Assembly: GCA_944391705.1 (NCBI GenBank)
Contig: CALXUN010000003.1
Span: 26,208 to 90,207, forward strand
Direction of reading: 5' to 3'
Length of the DNA: 64,000 nucleotides
Origin: an uncultured Alphaproteobacteria bacterium
GTDB taxonomy: Bacteria; Pseudomonadota; Alphaproteobacteria; RF32; CAG-239
In this document: one piece after another, positions 49,398 to 59,518 of the stretch
How positions within the stretch are numbered: position 1 is the stretch's first letter
How the letters are laid out: every line of letters starts with the position of its first letter
Notes under the pieces: generated by a model
Seen by the model: only the letters and a program-made list of their open reading frames with translations
Database searches by the model: none
Told to the model about the DNA's origin: nothing
Position numbers and translations under genes: made by a program

Positions 49398-50666
49398 TCA
49401 ACCACGCTCGCGCTGCCCTCGGCTACGCATCATACTTATCTGATCAAAAACAGCCTGCTCAAAAACTTTGTTTTTTCCGGAATCATCTTTCGACTGCCGC
49501 AATTTATTTTCTTGCTCGATTTTTTTAGCCTGCTCATATGCTGCATAATCCGTAATATCAATATGTTGCGGCGTTGGATTTTCCTTATCTTCAGAACGAC
49601 TGGCCATAACTTCGCGTTTATGTTTTTCAATAATTTTTCGCATTTCGCTATTATGCTTTTTGGCAATAGAATCCTGCTTTTCATCACGAGCCTGATGGAA
49701 CTGCTCCATAATTTCTTCATCTTTCGGATCCGGTCGTCCCACCACGGCATTATAAAGTTGTTTGCCGGATTTCAACAACTGTGCCACCGTAATTCCCGGA
49801 TGTTTGGTTAAATCCCAAACACCGACCGTGCCACGACCGTCAAAAAATTCAGAAAAATCAAGTCCTTTAAATCTTTTCTTTTTCTTTTTAGGCGCCAAAA
49901 TCTGTTTCAATTCCTTCGGTGTCGGCATCCTCCCGAGCGCCTGGGCGATTTGTTCGGGAGAAATAATACACTCGCTTAAATCAAGTTCATAAACATTAAC
50001 GCCGGTAAAATCCACCCCGGTAAAATCCACCCCCCTTAAATCAACCATGCTCAAATCTATTCTTGAAAAATCAAGCAATGTCAGATTCATTCGCTTAAGA
50101 TTAAGCTTGTGAGGATAATAAACGGCCAAAAATTCAACCAAAGCCTGCAGTTCTTCAATGGCCAGCTCATCCATTTCGACATCAAGCAAAATGGCATCTT
50201 GGATATCGGCATCCACCAGCACAACGCCGTTCATTTTTGCGCCGGTAAAGTTTGTTCCCCGCAGTTTTGCCCCTGTAAACACGGCACCATTTAAATTAGC
50301 GCCGCTTAAATTGGCCCCGGACAAATCTGCCGCAGAAAAATCCGCACCGCTCAAATTGGCATTGGAAAAATCCGTTTCCCGCAAATCGGCGCCGGAAAAA
50401 ACGGCTTTCTGCAGATTTTCCCCGGCATAGCGGCCGCCGTATAAGACCTTGCCGCTAAAATTAAAATCACTGTTTTTATCGAAATTTCCCGACAAAGAAA
50501 CCGGAGCCGAAGCCGCCTGTGAAATAGCCTGCCAGGAAAAGCTGTTTTCATACATTTTTTCAACGTCGACATCATCATTCCGCACGGCTTTAACCTTATC
50601 GCGGATGGCTGAAATATGGAATGTTTTTTTATCGGCAGCAGACATCTCATAAAACTCCGCATTCAA
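49398..50666 (-). CDS. pentapeptide-repeat protein with charged C-terminal extension
   Basis: More than 20 A(D/N)LSG-type pentapeptide repeats (ADLSGANLSGANLNGAVFTGAKL...). Confidence 0.8.
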   Translation of the reverse strand: MNAEFYEMSAADKKTFHISAIRDKVKAVRNDDVDVEKMYENSFSWQAISQAASAPVSLSGNFDKNSDFNFSGKVLYGGRYAGENLQKAVFSGADLRETDFSNANLSGADFSAADLSGANLSGANLNGAVFTGAKLRGTNFTGAKMNGVVLVDADIQDAILLDVEMDELAIEELQALVEFLAVYYPHKLNLKRMNLTLLDFSRIDLSMVDLRGVDFTGVDFTGVNVYELDLSECIISPEQIAQALGRMPTPKELKQILAPKKKKKRFKGLDFSEFFDGRGTVGVWDLTKHPGITVAQLLKSGKQLYNAVVGRPDPKDEEIMEQFHQARDEKQDSIAKKHNSEMRKIIEKHKREVMASRSEDKENPTPQHIDITDYAAYEQAKKIEQENKLRQSKDDSGKNKVFEQAVFDQISMMRSRGQRERG

Positions 50667-50713
50667 AACTTTTTTTAGTTTACCCCAATTTTCCTGTTTT
50701 TACAAACAAATAT

Positions 50714-51991
50714 TTATACCTGCCGGCGCCAAAGCCATTTGACGACATATATGCCCGGCAGACTGAACATGGCCGCAACCACAAAAAACACCGGCCAGGA
50801 AACTGCCTCGGCCAGCACCCCGCTCGTGGCCGCAAAGACATCGCGGGCAAAACTCATCAATGAAGAAAGCAGCGCATACTGTGTTGCCGTATAAAGCACA
50901 TTGCACAAAGAAGAAAGATAAGCAACAAATGCCGTTGTCGCCATGCCGGAAGAAAAATTCTCCAGTGTAATAATGCCCGTCAAAAGCCACAGATTATGAC
51001 CGGAAAGCGCCTGTACGGAAAACAACAACGTAGTCAGTCCCTGAATAATGCCACAGATATACAACCCTTTATATAAACCTGTTTTTTTAAGCAATATGCC
51101 GCCAAACAGCCCGCCGGCAACAGCTGCCGCCATGCCGTAAATTTTAATAACATAGGCAATTTCGGTTTTGCTAAAACCCATATCGTCATAAAAGGGAAAA
51201 GCCATCGGCGCAAAATAAGCATCACCCATACGGTAAATAAAAATCAAAAAAACAATCATCAGCCAATGCGGTTTTTTAATAAAATCGACAATCGGGTTTT
51301 TAACCGCCGCCGCAAAAAAAGCTTTCATTCTGCTTATAAACGGCATATCACCGCCTGTGTTATATTTAAAGTTCGTTTCCGGCTCTTTAACCACTAACAG
51401 TGTTATCAATCCGACCAATGAACCGGCGGCCATTAAAAAATATACCGTATTCCAGGTTAAAAAGTCGGCCAGCCATAAGGCACCGGCCCCGGAAAAAATA
51501 AGCCCGAAACGATACCCCAAAACAAAAACAGCCACGCCGGATGCCTGCTCTTCTTCACGATGCTGAAACGTTTCAACCCTGTATGCGTCCAGAACAATGT
51601 CCAAGGAAGCGGAGGCAAAACTCACGGCAAATGCCCACCCCCACATCAAAAAATGTTCTTCCGCCGGATTAACGCCTGCCAGAGCAATGATAAAAAACAA
51701 CAGCAACACCTGCATAAAAAGCGCCCAGCTGCGGCGACGTCCAAGCCGCCATAACACAGGAAGTTTAAGATTATCCAACAAAGGCGACCACAACCATTTA
51801 AATGCATAGGGAATTTTTACCAGTGAAAAAGCACCTATTGCCGCATATGTCCAACCGGCATCTTTCAACCACAGGCTCAATGTGCTGAAAACCAACAAAA
51901 AAGGATAACCGCTGGCAAAACCAAGCATAATCATTGCCAGCATGGTACGGTTTGTGTAAATTTTCCATATGTTTTGCAGCTTATTTATCAT
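50714..51991 (-). CDS. ampG: AmpG-family muropeptide MFS permease
   Basis: MFS topology with AmpG-like loops. Sits in the same genomic neighbourhood as mpl/ldcA. Confidence 0.75.
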   Translation of the reverse strand: MINKLQNIWKIYTNRTMLAMIMLGFASGYPFLLVFSTLSLWLKDAGWTYAAIGAFSLVKIPYAFKWLWSPLLDNLKLPVLWRLGRRRSWALFMQVLLLFFIIALAGVNPAEEHFLMWGWAFAVSFASASLDIVLDAYRVETFQHREEEQASGVAVFVLGYRFGLIFSGAGALWLADFLTWNTVYFLMAAGSLVGLITLLVVKEPETNFKYNTGGDMPFISRMKAFFAAAVKNPIVDFIKKPHWLMIVFLIFIYRMGDAYFAPMAFPFYDDMGFSKTEIAYVIKIYGMAAAVAGGLFGGILLKKTGLYKGLYICGIIQGLTTLLFSVQALSGHNLWLLTGIITLENFSSGMATTAFVAYLSSLCNVLYTATQYALLSSLMSFARDVFAATSGVLAEAVSWPVFFVVAAMFSLPGIYVVKWLWRRQV

Positions 51992-52092
51992 AAGCCCATT
52001 ACATATAAAACGACTTAAATTTAAGTTAAAAAGCTGATTTATTTTTTACCGGCAAACATGAAAAAAGCGCCTTTCGGCGCTTTATAAAAATT

Positions 52093-52701
52093 TTAATATT
52101 CCCTGATGACCTGGCTGTCTTTAACATACATATTCAGATACTGATGAATATTTTGTTCCATCCGGACGTTAAACTCTTCAAAAAGCTTATACACCATCTC
52201 ATTCCAGTACTTTTCCTTATCTTCAATACTGGTATCAATCGGCATGGTCAATTCACGCCAGGCTTCAATAGAGGTCTGAGCCTGCGACTGCCCGTTTGCC
52301 GAACTGATTTTTAACACAACCGCCAAAGTTGCCCGGTATTTCAAGCTGTCCTTGTAAAAGAGCTGCGAAGCTTTTTCCTCGACCTCGGTCACACTTGCGT
52401 CCTTAATAATAAACTCTGCAATACGGTTTGAGGCAAAATCCACGGCTTCCAGACGGTCGTTGGCCCATATACGGGCGGCTTTTTCAATTGAAACCGGAAA
52501 AAGATGTTCAACATTCGGACGGGTAAAAGACGGCGTAAATTCCGAAACGATATCAATTTTGTTGACTTCAAGCTCAATTTTGGGCTGATCGTCAAAACGG
52601 GGTTCTACATAACGCCTCGTTTCGGCAACTTCCTGATTGCCGGCACAAGCGCTTAATATCATAACAGCAGCCGCTGCAAAAATTTTATTCAAACTTCTCA
52701 T
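52093..52701 (-). CDS. lipoprotein (lipobox ILSAC)
   Basis: MRSLNKIFAAAAVMILSAC. Confidence 0.55.
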   Translation of the reverse strand: MRSLNKIFAAAAVMILSACAGNQEVAETRRYVEPRFDDQPKIELEVNKIDIVSEFTPSFTRPNVEHLFPVSIEKAARIWANDRLEAVDFASNRIAEFIIKDASVTEVEEKASQLFYKDSLKYRATLAVVLKISSANGQSQAQTSIEAWRELTMPIDTSIEDKEKYWNEMVYKLFEEFNVRMEQNIHQYLNMYVKDSQVIREY

Positions 52702-52791
52702 TGTTCTCATCCGTTGTTAAACAAAAAAACATGCTCCAAAACCGGAACATATTTTTTCTAATACAATTTTTAAGCAGATGCAAGCACTTAA

Positions 52792-53715
52792 TTAATGTTT
52801 AAGCAATTCATCTTTGTCAAAAACATATTTTTCCGAACAAAAACTGCATGTTGCCGTAATTTTTCCGTCTTCGGCCATTTCTTCAATTTCGTTTTTGCCA
52901 AAGCCGCTTAAGGTTGAAAAAAGCTTGTCCCGGCTGCAACGGCACCCGAATTCATATGGTTTTTCTTTTGCAACAACCAGATTTGAAGAATGGAACAAAC
53001 GGTTCAAAATTTCTGCCGGACTCAATTCGGCATTAAAGACCTCATCGTCCGCCAGACTGTTTATAAAAATCCCCGCTTCATTCCAAGCCTCTTTCAAAGC
53101 ATCTTCATCAGCCGAAAATTCCTTACCGCCTTTTAACGGAACTTTTTGCAGCAAAATTCCGGCCGACTGCCAGCTTTTGCTTTCACCCGCCGGACGTTTG
53201 ACAAACAATTTCAAAATCGTATCAATCTGTTCGGACTGCTTAAAATAGCGCAAAGCCAGTTCGGTCAGGTTTTTTCCTTGCAAATCAACCACACCCTGAT
53301 AAAGCTCGGTTTCAGGCCCCTGATCAATGGTAAAAGCCATATAACCGCCGCCGATAAGATGCGGCACTTCTTCAATTTCATCTTCGGTTTTACGCAGCTC
53401 TTTGGCGTTTTTTAACTTTTCTTCATCAAATTTGGCACACGCCCGGACTTTTCCTTCTGAAGTAACATCGGCAACCAACACCGAAACCGGACCATTACCT
53501 TGAATTTGCAACGTAAACAACCCCTTATATTTCAGTGCATTGGCAAGAAGCACTGCCAATGCCGTTGTTTCCGCCAAAGCCGACGATACGTTTTCGGGAT
53601 AATTATGCCGGCTTAAAATATTTTGCAAAACCCCGTTTAAGCGCACCAGCCGCCCGGCAAAAGCACCGCCGTGAATATGAAAAGGCACGCAAACATCAAA
53701 ATTTCTGTTATTCAC
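52792..53715 (-). CDS. hslO: redox-regulated chaperone Hsp33
   Basis: C-terminal CxC...CxxC zinc centre (FGCRCSRD...CSFCSEKY). Confidence 0.85.
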   Translation of the reverse strand: MNNRNFDVCVPFHIHGGAFAGRLVRLNGVLQNILSRHNYPENVSSALAETTALAVLLANALKYKGLFTLQIQGNGPVSVLVADVTSEGKVRACAKFDEEKLKNAKELRKTEDEIEEVPHLIGGGYMAFTIDQGPETELYQGVVDLQGKNLTELALRYFKQSEQIDTILKLFVKRPAGESKSWQSAGILLQKVPLKGGKEFSADEDALKEAWNEAGIFINSLADDEVFNAELSPAEILNRLFHSSNLVVAKEKPYEFGCRCSRDKLFSTLSGFGKNEIEEMAEDGKITATCSFCSEKYVFDKDELLKH

Positions 53716-53783
53716 TTTCTCTAATCCCTTTATATTAATCTGACATTTATGTACAATTTAGGAAAAATAAAAGGAATTTTCAA

Positions 53784-54329
53784 GTGTCTGAAGTAACAGA
53801 AAACAAACCACGGCAAAAGGTTTTACGCAAAATAACCCGCCAACGTTTAAAAAACATCGGCTTATATTACCTGAAACGTTTTGAATCTTCGGTTGAAAAC
53901 TTACGCCGCGTTTTAAAGCGCCGGGTTGATGATTATGCCCGCCAAACGCCGGATTTTGATAAATTTGAGGCTTACAGCTGGATTGAGGAGCTTTTGACAG
54001 ATTTTGAAAACTGGCATTATCTGGATGACGAGCGTTACGCTGAAATCAAAATCAGGGATTATTTAAATGCCGGAAAGCCCGAACGTTATATTAAAACCAA
54101 ACTCTTTCAAAAAGGCATTTCCGAAGAAACCGTCAACCGTCTTTTGAACAATCAGGAATACGACCCGCGCGAAATGGCCTTAAAGTTTGCCCGCAAGAAA
54201 AAAATCGGTCCTTTCCGCCCCGATGATGAAAGCCGCAGGCAAAATCGTCAAAAAGACATGGCTGCGCTTGTCCGCGCCGGTTTTGACTATGACCTTGTCT
54301 GCGATATTCTAAATGAGGATTTTTCTTAA
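53784..54329 (+). CDS. recX: RecA regulator RecX
   Basis: Three-repeat helical RecX architecture, about 180 aa, immediately upstream of the ruvC/yebC neighbourhood. Confidence 0.7.
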   Translation: MSEVTENKPRQKVLRKITRQRLKNIGLYYLKRFESSVENLRRVLKRRVDDYARQTPDFDKFEAYSWIEELLTDFENWHYLDDERYAEIKIRDYLNAGKPERYIKTKLFQKGISEETVNRLLNNQEYDPREMALKFARKKKIGPFRPDDESRRQNRQKDMAALVRAGFDYDLVCDILNEDFS

Positions 54330-54332
54330 AAA

Positions 54333-55268
54333 ATGTTTCCCGAAATTTTAATAAATCAAAACATTCAGGCTTTTTTTGAATTTATTTATGACCGGCAATC
54401 CGTCTGGCATAAACGTACTTTTTTAAAAGAGCCGGCACCGTGGACGGATGATAAAATTTTACAAGATTTCCGTTTTTGTAACGTATACCGCGAACTTGAC
54501 GGCGGCACACTGGCCATTACCAAATATCTTAGACAACCGCTGACACCGCAACAAAAACTGTTTAACATCATTGCTTACCGCTTTTTTAACCGCCGCGATA
54601 CGATTGAAAACCTGTTCGGTGGCCTGCTTGACCCTGACAAGTTTGATTTTAAGTTTTTAGAGCGGCGTTTTGATGCCCAAAAAGCTGAAGGCAATATTTT
54701 TTCCAACGCCTACCTGATTACCGCCCATGCCTGTCATCCGTCTTACCGGCCGCATGACAAGCATGTTCAAATTCTGTTTATGCTGGATGAATTACGCCCC
54801 AAGATCGATTCGCTGTTAGAAAAACTCCGCTCTTTACCGGCCGGCTGCGGCATTGAAATTTTAAGCCGGAACATCCCTATGGCCGGGCCTTTTCTGGCCG
54901 GGCAAATTTTGCTTGACTGTACCTATGCCGGTGACATCGTCCCTTACACGGCAAACGATTTTTTAGTGGTCGGCCCCGGCGCCCATTGGGGCTTAAACAT
55001 CATTTTTAACCAAAAGCTCAACAAAAAAGAAGCCGAAAAAAAATGCCGGCAGTTGTGGCAGATGCAACCGCAGGCTTTTGATGAACTTAAAGCCCGTACC
55101 GGCAAAGACTGGCAAGCCGTCCGTTGGCAAAACCCCGCTTATTGCGGCGGAAAACACCTCTGCCTGCACGACATTCAAAACAGTTTATGCGAATTTCGCA
55201 AATACTATCGGTTAAAAAACGGCGAAAAAGCCAAAAAACGCTACTACCACCCGGCCAAAGAACAATAA
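54333..55268 (+). CDS. conserved hypothetical protein (311 aa) between recX and ruvC
   Basis: No assignable motif. My vague recollection of phage DNA-hypermodification families (FCNVYRELDGGT) cannot be verified here. Confidence 0.5.
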   Translation: MFPEILINQNIQAFFEFIYDRQSVWHKRTFLKEPAPWTDDKILQDFRFCNVYRELDGGTLAITKYLRQPLTPQQKLFNIIAYRFFNRRDTIENLFGGLLDPDKFDFKFLERRFDAQKAEGNIFSNAYLITAHACHPSYRPHDKHVQILFMLDELRPKIDSLLEKLRSLPAGCGIEILSRNIPMAGPFLAGQILLDCTYAGDIVPYTANDFLVVGPGAHWGLNIIFNQKLNKKEAEKKCRQLWQMQPQAFDELKARTGKDWQAVRWQNPAYCGGKHLCLHDIQNSLCEFRKYYRLKNGEKAKKRYYHPAKEQ

Positions 55269-55751
55269 TCAGCGCCGCGGCGCATTACGGAAATGGGCAT
55301 GAGTAATGGCAATAGCCAAAGCATCCGACGAGTCGTTGTTTTTAGGTCTACACCCCGGCAGCAGCACCTTAACCATGGTTTCAACCTGATCTTTTGCCGC
55401 CTTGCCGACGCCGACGGTTGCTTTTTTAACTTTATTCGGCTCATACTCAAACAACGGGATAGAATATGTTCCCGGCGCTAAGATAACCACGCCGCGCGCC
55501 ATACTTAATTTCAAGGTTGAATGCGGATTCGTATTTAAAAAAACAATTTCAATTGCCGCTTCATCCGGCTTATAAGTTTCAATAACATTGCAAATACTGC
55601 GATATAAAAAGTCCAATCGCTGTTCAATCGGAAGTTTGGCATCGGTTGGAATAAAACCGTCCGCAACATAACGCAGACGGTTGTTTTCCACCTCAATAAT
55701 CCCCCAGCCGGTCGAGGAAAGGCTGGGGTCCAATCCCAAAACCTTAACCAA
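55269..55751 (-). CDS. ruvC: crossover junction endodeoxyribonuclease RuvC
   Basis: VLGLDPSLSSTGWGII (catalytic Asp 7) and the ...SDALAIAI motif. Confidence 0.9.
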   Translation of the reverse strand: MVKVLGLDPSLSSTGWGIIEVENNRLRYVADGFIPTDAKLPIEQRLDFLYRSICNVIETYKPDEAAIEIVFLNTNPHSTLKLSMARGVVILAPGTYSIPLFEYEPNKVKKATVGVGKAAKDQVETMVKVLLPGCRPKNNDSSDALAIAITHAHFRNAPRR

Positions 55752-55772
55752 ATTAAAACCTCTAAATTAAAC

Positions 55773-56537
55773 TTATTCCTGCTCCAACTGTGCCATCACA
55801 TCAGCGGCAATTTCGGCATTATGATAAACATGCTGGACATCATCGTCTTCTTCCAGCGCATCAATAAATTCCAGAAATTTTTTAGCGGTTTCGACATCAT
55901 TAATTTCGGTTTTAACCGTTGGTTTCCAGTCAAGGCGTGAGGCTGACGGCGTACCGAATTGCTTTTCCAAAGCATCGGTAACGGCTGACAAATCATCCGG
56001 CAAAGTTTCGATTTCATGAAATTCTTCATCGGAAACAACATCATTGGCACCGGCCTCCAAAGCCGCCTCAAACATTTTATCGGCCTCGGCTGCCGCAGCC
56101 GGATACTGGATAAAACCGATACGCTCAAAGTTAAAAGTAACTGAGCCTGTTTCACCCATGGCGCCGCCGCGTTTTCCGAAAATCGTACGCACATTGCCTG
56201 CCGTCCGGTTTTTATTGTCGGTCAAAGCCTCTACGATAACGGCGGCTTTATTGGGGGCATACCCTTCATAACGCATGCTGACAAAATCAGCCCCGCCTGC
56301 GGTTTGCGTTGCTTTGGCAATAGCGCGCTCAATATTGTCTTTGGGCATACTTTCGGCACGGGCGGCCTGAATAGCCAGACGCAAACGCGGGTTCTTGTCA
56401 GGTTCCGGCAAGCCGCTTTTGGCAGCAACCGTAATTTCACGGGCAAGCTTGGCAAATACGCGGGCTTTTTTGGCATCTTGTGCGCCTTTACGATACATAA
56501 TATTTTTAAATTGCGAATGTCCGGACATTTTATTCAT
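55773..56537 (-). CDS. yebC: YebC/PmpR-family DNA-binding regulator
   Basis: GHSQFKNIMYRKGAQDAKK... The conserved yebC-ruvC pair. Confidence 0.9.
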   Translation of the reverse strand: MNKMSGHSQFKNIMYRKGAQDAKKARVFAKLAREITVAAKSGLPEPDKNPRLRLAIQAARAESMPKDNIERAIAKATQTAGGADFVSMRYEGYAPNKAAVIVEALTDNKNRTAGNVRTIFGKRGGAMGETGSVTFNFERIGFIQYPAAAAEADKMFEAALEAGANDVVSDEEFHEIETLPDDLSAVTDALEKQFGTPSASRLDWKPTVKTEINDVETAKKFLEFIDALEEDDDVQHVYHNAEIAADVMAQLEQE

Positions 56538-56835
56538 CTCCTAAAAATCTGTTCTTGTTATGGAGCTTATAAACCATGGCGGCTTTTTGGGCAACAATTT
56601 TTTTCAGTCAAAATAAAAAAACTGTAAAAGACTATCTGTTAAAAGGACTTTTTCTTTTCTCTGTCATCCGACTAACCCCTCTTTTTTCCCGTCATGCCTA
56701 CGAGGTGTTTTAGCACCAAATATAAGGCATACACTTTTGCTGTCACACGCAAAAAGCAACAGCAAGTACCGGACAGCCAAACAAAAAAAGCGCCCTTAGA
56801 AAAAACTGGACGCCTGTAAAATTACTTTTTTATTT

Positions 56836-57693
56836 TTAGTATTCGTTTTTGGCCAGTTCGCCCTGATAAAGCAGAAATGCCGGCGTTTTGTCACCGAAAG
56901 TTTTATATTGCTCCATCAGACTGACGGCTTCCTCATCCGTTTTCGGCTCATGCACAACTGCCAATTGTTTTTCATTTTTTTCTGCCGAAGATTTTTTTGA
57001 TACTTCAGCAACAGGCTTTGTTTCTTTTCCATCTGCCTCGGCAATGTTTTCGGATTCGCCGGCAGAAGGTTCGGCAGCGGCTTCATCCTCTTTTGCCCGG
57101 TCAACTTTAATTTCGGCCGGTGTTTTCAAGATTTTATCCAAAATATCCTGAGTCTCTTTAGAGCGGCGGTTGGTAAAAACAATGTTTTGCTTATCGGCCG
57201 GCAGCATATCAAGAATTTTTTCCAAGTTGCCAAGCTGGCGTTTCTTTTTAAGCAGATTAATATCATCCACAACCAGAATATTTATTTCAGAAAGATCAAC
57301 CTTGCCTTCTGCGACAATATCCAAAAGCAAATCCGGCGAAGCAATAATAACATTAGCCTCTTTCAATGCATCTAAAGCATCTTCCTGCCCCGTTTCTTCA
57401 TTAAATTCGTGATACTTGTTAAACACGGCCAGCCGGTCGGAAACCACGACTGATTGTTTTGAATCTGCCGTCACAATCAGGATATTCTGCCCCTGCTTGC
57501 GGGAAATAATATCAATCAGCGGAAAGACATACGAACAGGTTTTACCGCACCTTCCCGGCGCAATTGCAAAAATATCCCGACCTTCCAATACTGACGGAAT
57601 AACATCTTTTTGTACGGTTGTCGGCCGCGTAATGCCCAGTTCTTTAATTGCTTTGATGGTCTGTTTACTTAAACCCAGTTCTTCAAAAGTCAT
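56836..57693 (-). CDS. DEAD-box-helicase-like protein consisting only of a degenerate RecA-like domain 1 plus a Lys/Glu-rich tail
   Basis: Q-motif context (GITRPTTVQKDVIP). Motif I is degenerate (APGRCGKT in place of AxTGSGKT), and VVDD stands in place of DEAD. There is no helicase C-terminal domain (no motifs IV-VI). Confidence 0.6.
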   Translation of the reverse strand: MTFEELGLSKQTIKAIKELGITRPTTVQKDVIPSVLEGRDIFAIAPGRCGKTCSYVFPLIDIISRKQGQNILIVTADSKQSVVVSDRLAVFNKYHEFNEETGQEDALDALKEANVIIASPDLLLDIVAEGKVDLSEINILVVDDINLLKKKRQLGNLEKILDMLPADKQNIVFTNRRSKETQDILDKILKTPAEIKVDRAKEDEAAAEPSAGESENIAEADGKETKPVAEVSKKSSAEKNEKQLAVVHEPKTDEEAVSLMEQYKTFGDKTPAFLLYQGELAKNEY

Positions 57694-57898
57694 TTTCTTT
57701 CCTTAAAAATTTCAAAACACTCTAAAAATATGACAAATAGTATACCATTGAGCGTTTAAGTCAAGCGCCTTGTCTTAAAAAATCAAAGGAAATTAAAGTT
57801 TTTTTAAGAATATTCCGTATATGTTTTTTTTGAAATATGCCGTTCGGTTAATTTTGGCTGTAGGGATATATATCTTTAAGATATGACTAAAGATAGGA

Positions 57899-57927
57899 TT
57901 GCCGGAATTTGCATTTTGCGGTATAGT
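57899..57927 (+). promoter_or_regulatory. candidate sigma70 promoter for the pilin-like gene (TTGCCG-17-TATAGT)
   Basis: Hexamers at 57899-57904 and 57922-57927. Confidence 0.35.
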
Positions 57928-57968
57928 TTGAATTGTTAAATAGAAATATTTTTTTAGGGGAAAATATT

Positions 57969-58646
57969 ATGAAACATATTAATGAAAACGGCCGTTCCAT
58001 GGTCGAAATGTTAGGTGTTCTGGCAATTATCGGTGTTCTGTCTGTCGGTGGTATCGCCGGCTACTCCAAAGCCATGAACAAATACAAAATCAACAAAACC
58101 ACTGACCAGGTTTCGATGCTGGTTGCCAACATCCGCACCCTGTTCTCTTCTCAGGGCGATTATGCCGGTTTGAGCAATGGCCAGGCCATCAAATTCGGCG
58201 TTGTCCCGAATGATATGTATAAAGCTTCTTCTAACAATACTTATGGAAGTAACTACGACATTAGTAATGCTTTTAACGGTAAGGTGTTTATTGCTTCCGC
58301 TGATGCAAGAGGTACAGGTGATAATGAAGCATTCATCGTTTCTTACAACGGTTTGACAGCTGAAGCTTGTGTGACGATTGCCACCGGCGACTGGGGTTCT
58401 GGTCAAGGTTCCGGTTTGATTGCTATTGCAGCTGCAGGCACAAATGGTACAGCTGCAACAACAGGAGGCGCTGCTAGTAAACTGACTGGTATTTATACAA
58501 CCACAACAACAGGCTCGGCAGAGGCTGCTTCAGCCGTTTCTATTCCGGGAAGCAAAGATCATCCGACACCGATGAGCGTTACCAATGCGGTTGATGCTTG
58601 TAACGGAAGTGGTTCGACCAACTCAGTTGCTTGGAAATACTACTAA
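57969..58646 (+). CDS. type IV pilin / pseudopilin-like protein with Thr/Gly/Ala-rich C-terminal region
   Basis: Prepilin leader MKHINENG|RSMVEMLGVLAIIGVLSV (G-1, E+5, hydrophobic helix). C-terminal stretches TTGGAASKLTGIYTTTTTGSAE. Confidence 0.65.
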   Translation: MKHINENGRSMVEMLGVLAIIGVLSVGGIAGYSKAMNKYKINKTTDQVSMLVANIRTLFSSQGDYAGLSNGQAIKFGVVPNDMYKASSNNTYGSNYDISNAFNGKVFIASADARGTGDNEAFIVSYNGLTAEACVTIATGDWGSGQGSGLIAIAAAGTNGTAATTGGAASKLTGIYTTTTTGSAEAASAVSIPGSKDHPTPMSVTNAVDACNGSGSTNSVAWKYY

Positions 58647-58779
58647 TCCTTTGGGTTTGATAGTTTCACCTTCAAAAAGACTCCCTTTCTCAAGGGAGTC
58701 TTTTTTATGTGCCTCTCTTTCCAACCCGTCATACCTGCAAACGATAGTGAGTACAAATCCTCCACATAACTGCTGCTCA

Positions 58780-58926
58780 TAGATATCCCCCAGTAAACTG
58801 GTGGTTCTATAACAGCTACAAACCTTACGGTTTGACCACGCTCGTTGGCGTGGAGCGGTGTTGTTCCAACACCTTGGCATTCAGCCCCGAGTAAACTCGG
58901 GGTTTTCTGTAAGGCAACTAATAAAA
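58780..58926. repeat. structured ~146-bp repeat element, copy 2
   Basis: See copy 1. The third hairpin here is ggtgttg..caacacc, a fully compensatory variant of ggtatc..gatacc in copy 1. Confidence 0.8.
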
Positions 58927-58967
58927 AAACACTGCTTTGAGGCAGTGTTTATAGGGGAAAACCTGTT

Positions 58968-59369
58968 TTAATTAAGCGTACACCCGCTCCCGCAATTACC
59001 AATCAAAGGAACTTCCGGAATTTTTATGTCTTTAACCAGATTTTGTGCTTCCTTGACAATCCGGCAGCTGCCGTACAAAACCGCCATTGCTGACTTTAAC
59101 GGCGCACTGCTGGCAAATTCAAAATATTCACCCGGCTCCAATTCCGGAATTTCGCCTTTAAACCCCGGTGCGTTGTCACAATAACTGTTGCCGCGGTCAT
59201 CGGTAATGTTAAAATCTTTGCCCAAAATCTGAATTCTGCCGTCCGAATTGTTTTCAATCCGCAGATAATACCCGCAGCTGTCAGCCTCATCTTCTTCCAT
59301 AAAAGCCTGACAGGCCGAAATGACGATATCATCTGTTTGCGCCGTAACATATTCCGTGTCAAAATCCAT
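58968..59369 (-). CDS. apaG: ApaG (DUF525) domain protein
   Basis: ...YYLRIENNSDGRIQILGKDFNITDDRGNSY...GEIPELEPGEYFEFASSAPL resembles the ApaG core. Confidence 0.6.
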   Translation of the reverse strand: MDFDTEYVTAQTDDIVISACQAFMEEDEADSCGYYLRIENNSDGRIQILGKDFNITDDRGNSYCDNAPGFKGEIPELEPGEYFEFASSAPLKSAMAVLYGSCRIVKEAQNLVKDIKIPEVPLIGNCGSGCTLN

Positions 59370-59518
59370 AACACAATTCCTTTGTTGCAATTTAACTTTG
59401 TTAACTATTGATTAACTTTTATTGATTCGCAACAACCGATGTGTTTTTTTCACAAACTTATACACAACAAAAAACGGAGATTTTCATCCCCGTTTTTTGT
59501 AGCAAATTTTTTCTTTAG

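Noticed and set aside
49398-50666. Internal nucleotide periodicity in the pentapeptide-repeat gene
   Set aside because: It is explained by the A(D/N)LSG protein repeats and is not an independent DNA repeat element.
56540-56835. About 300-bp spacer between yebC and the DEAD-like gene, considered as a possible sRNA
   Set aside because: No convincing hairpin, terminator or promoter pair that I could define by eye. Left unannotated.
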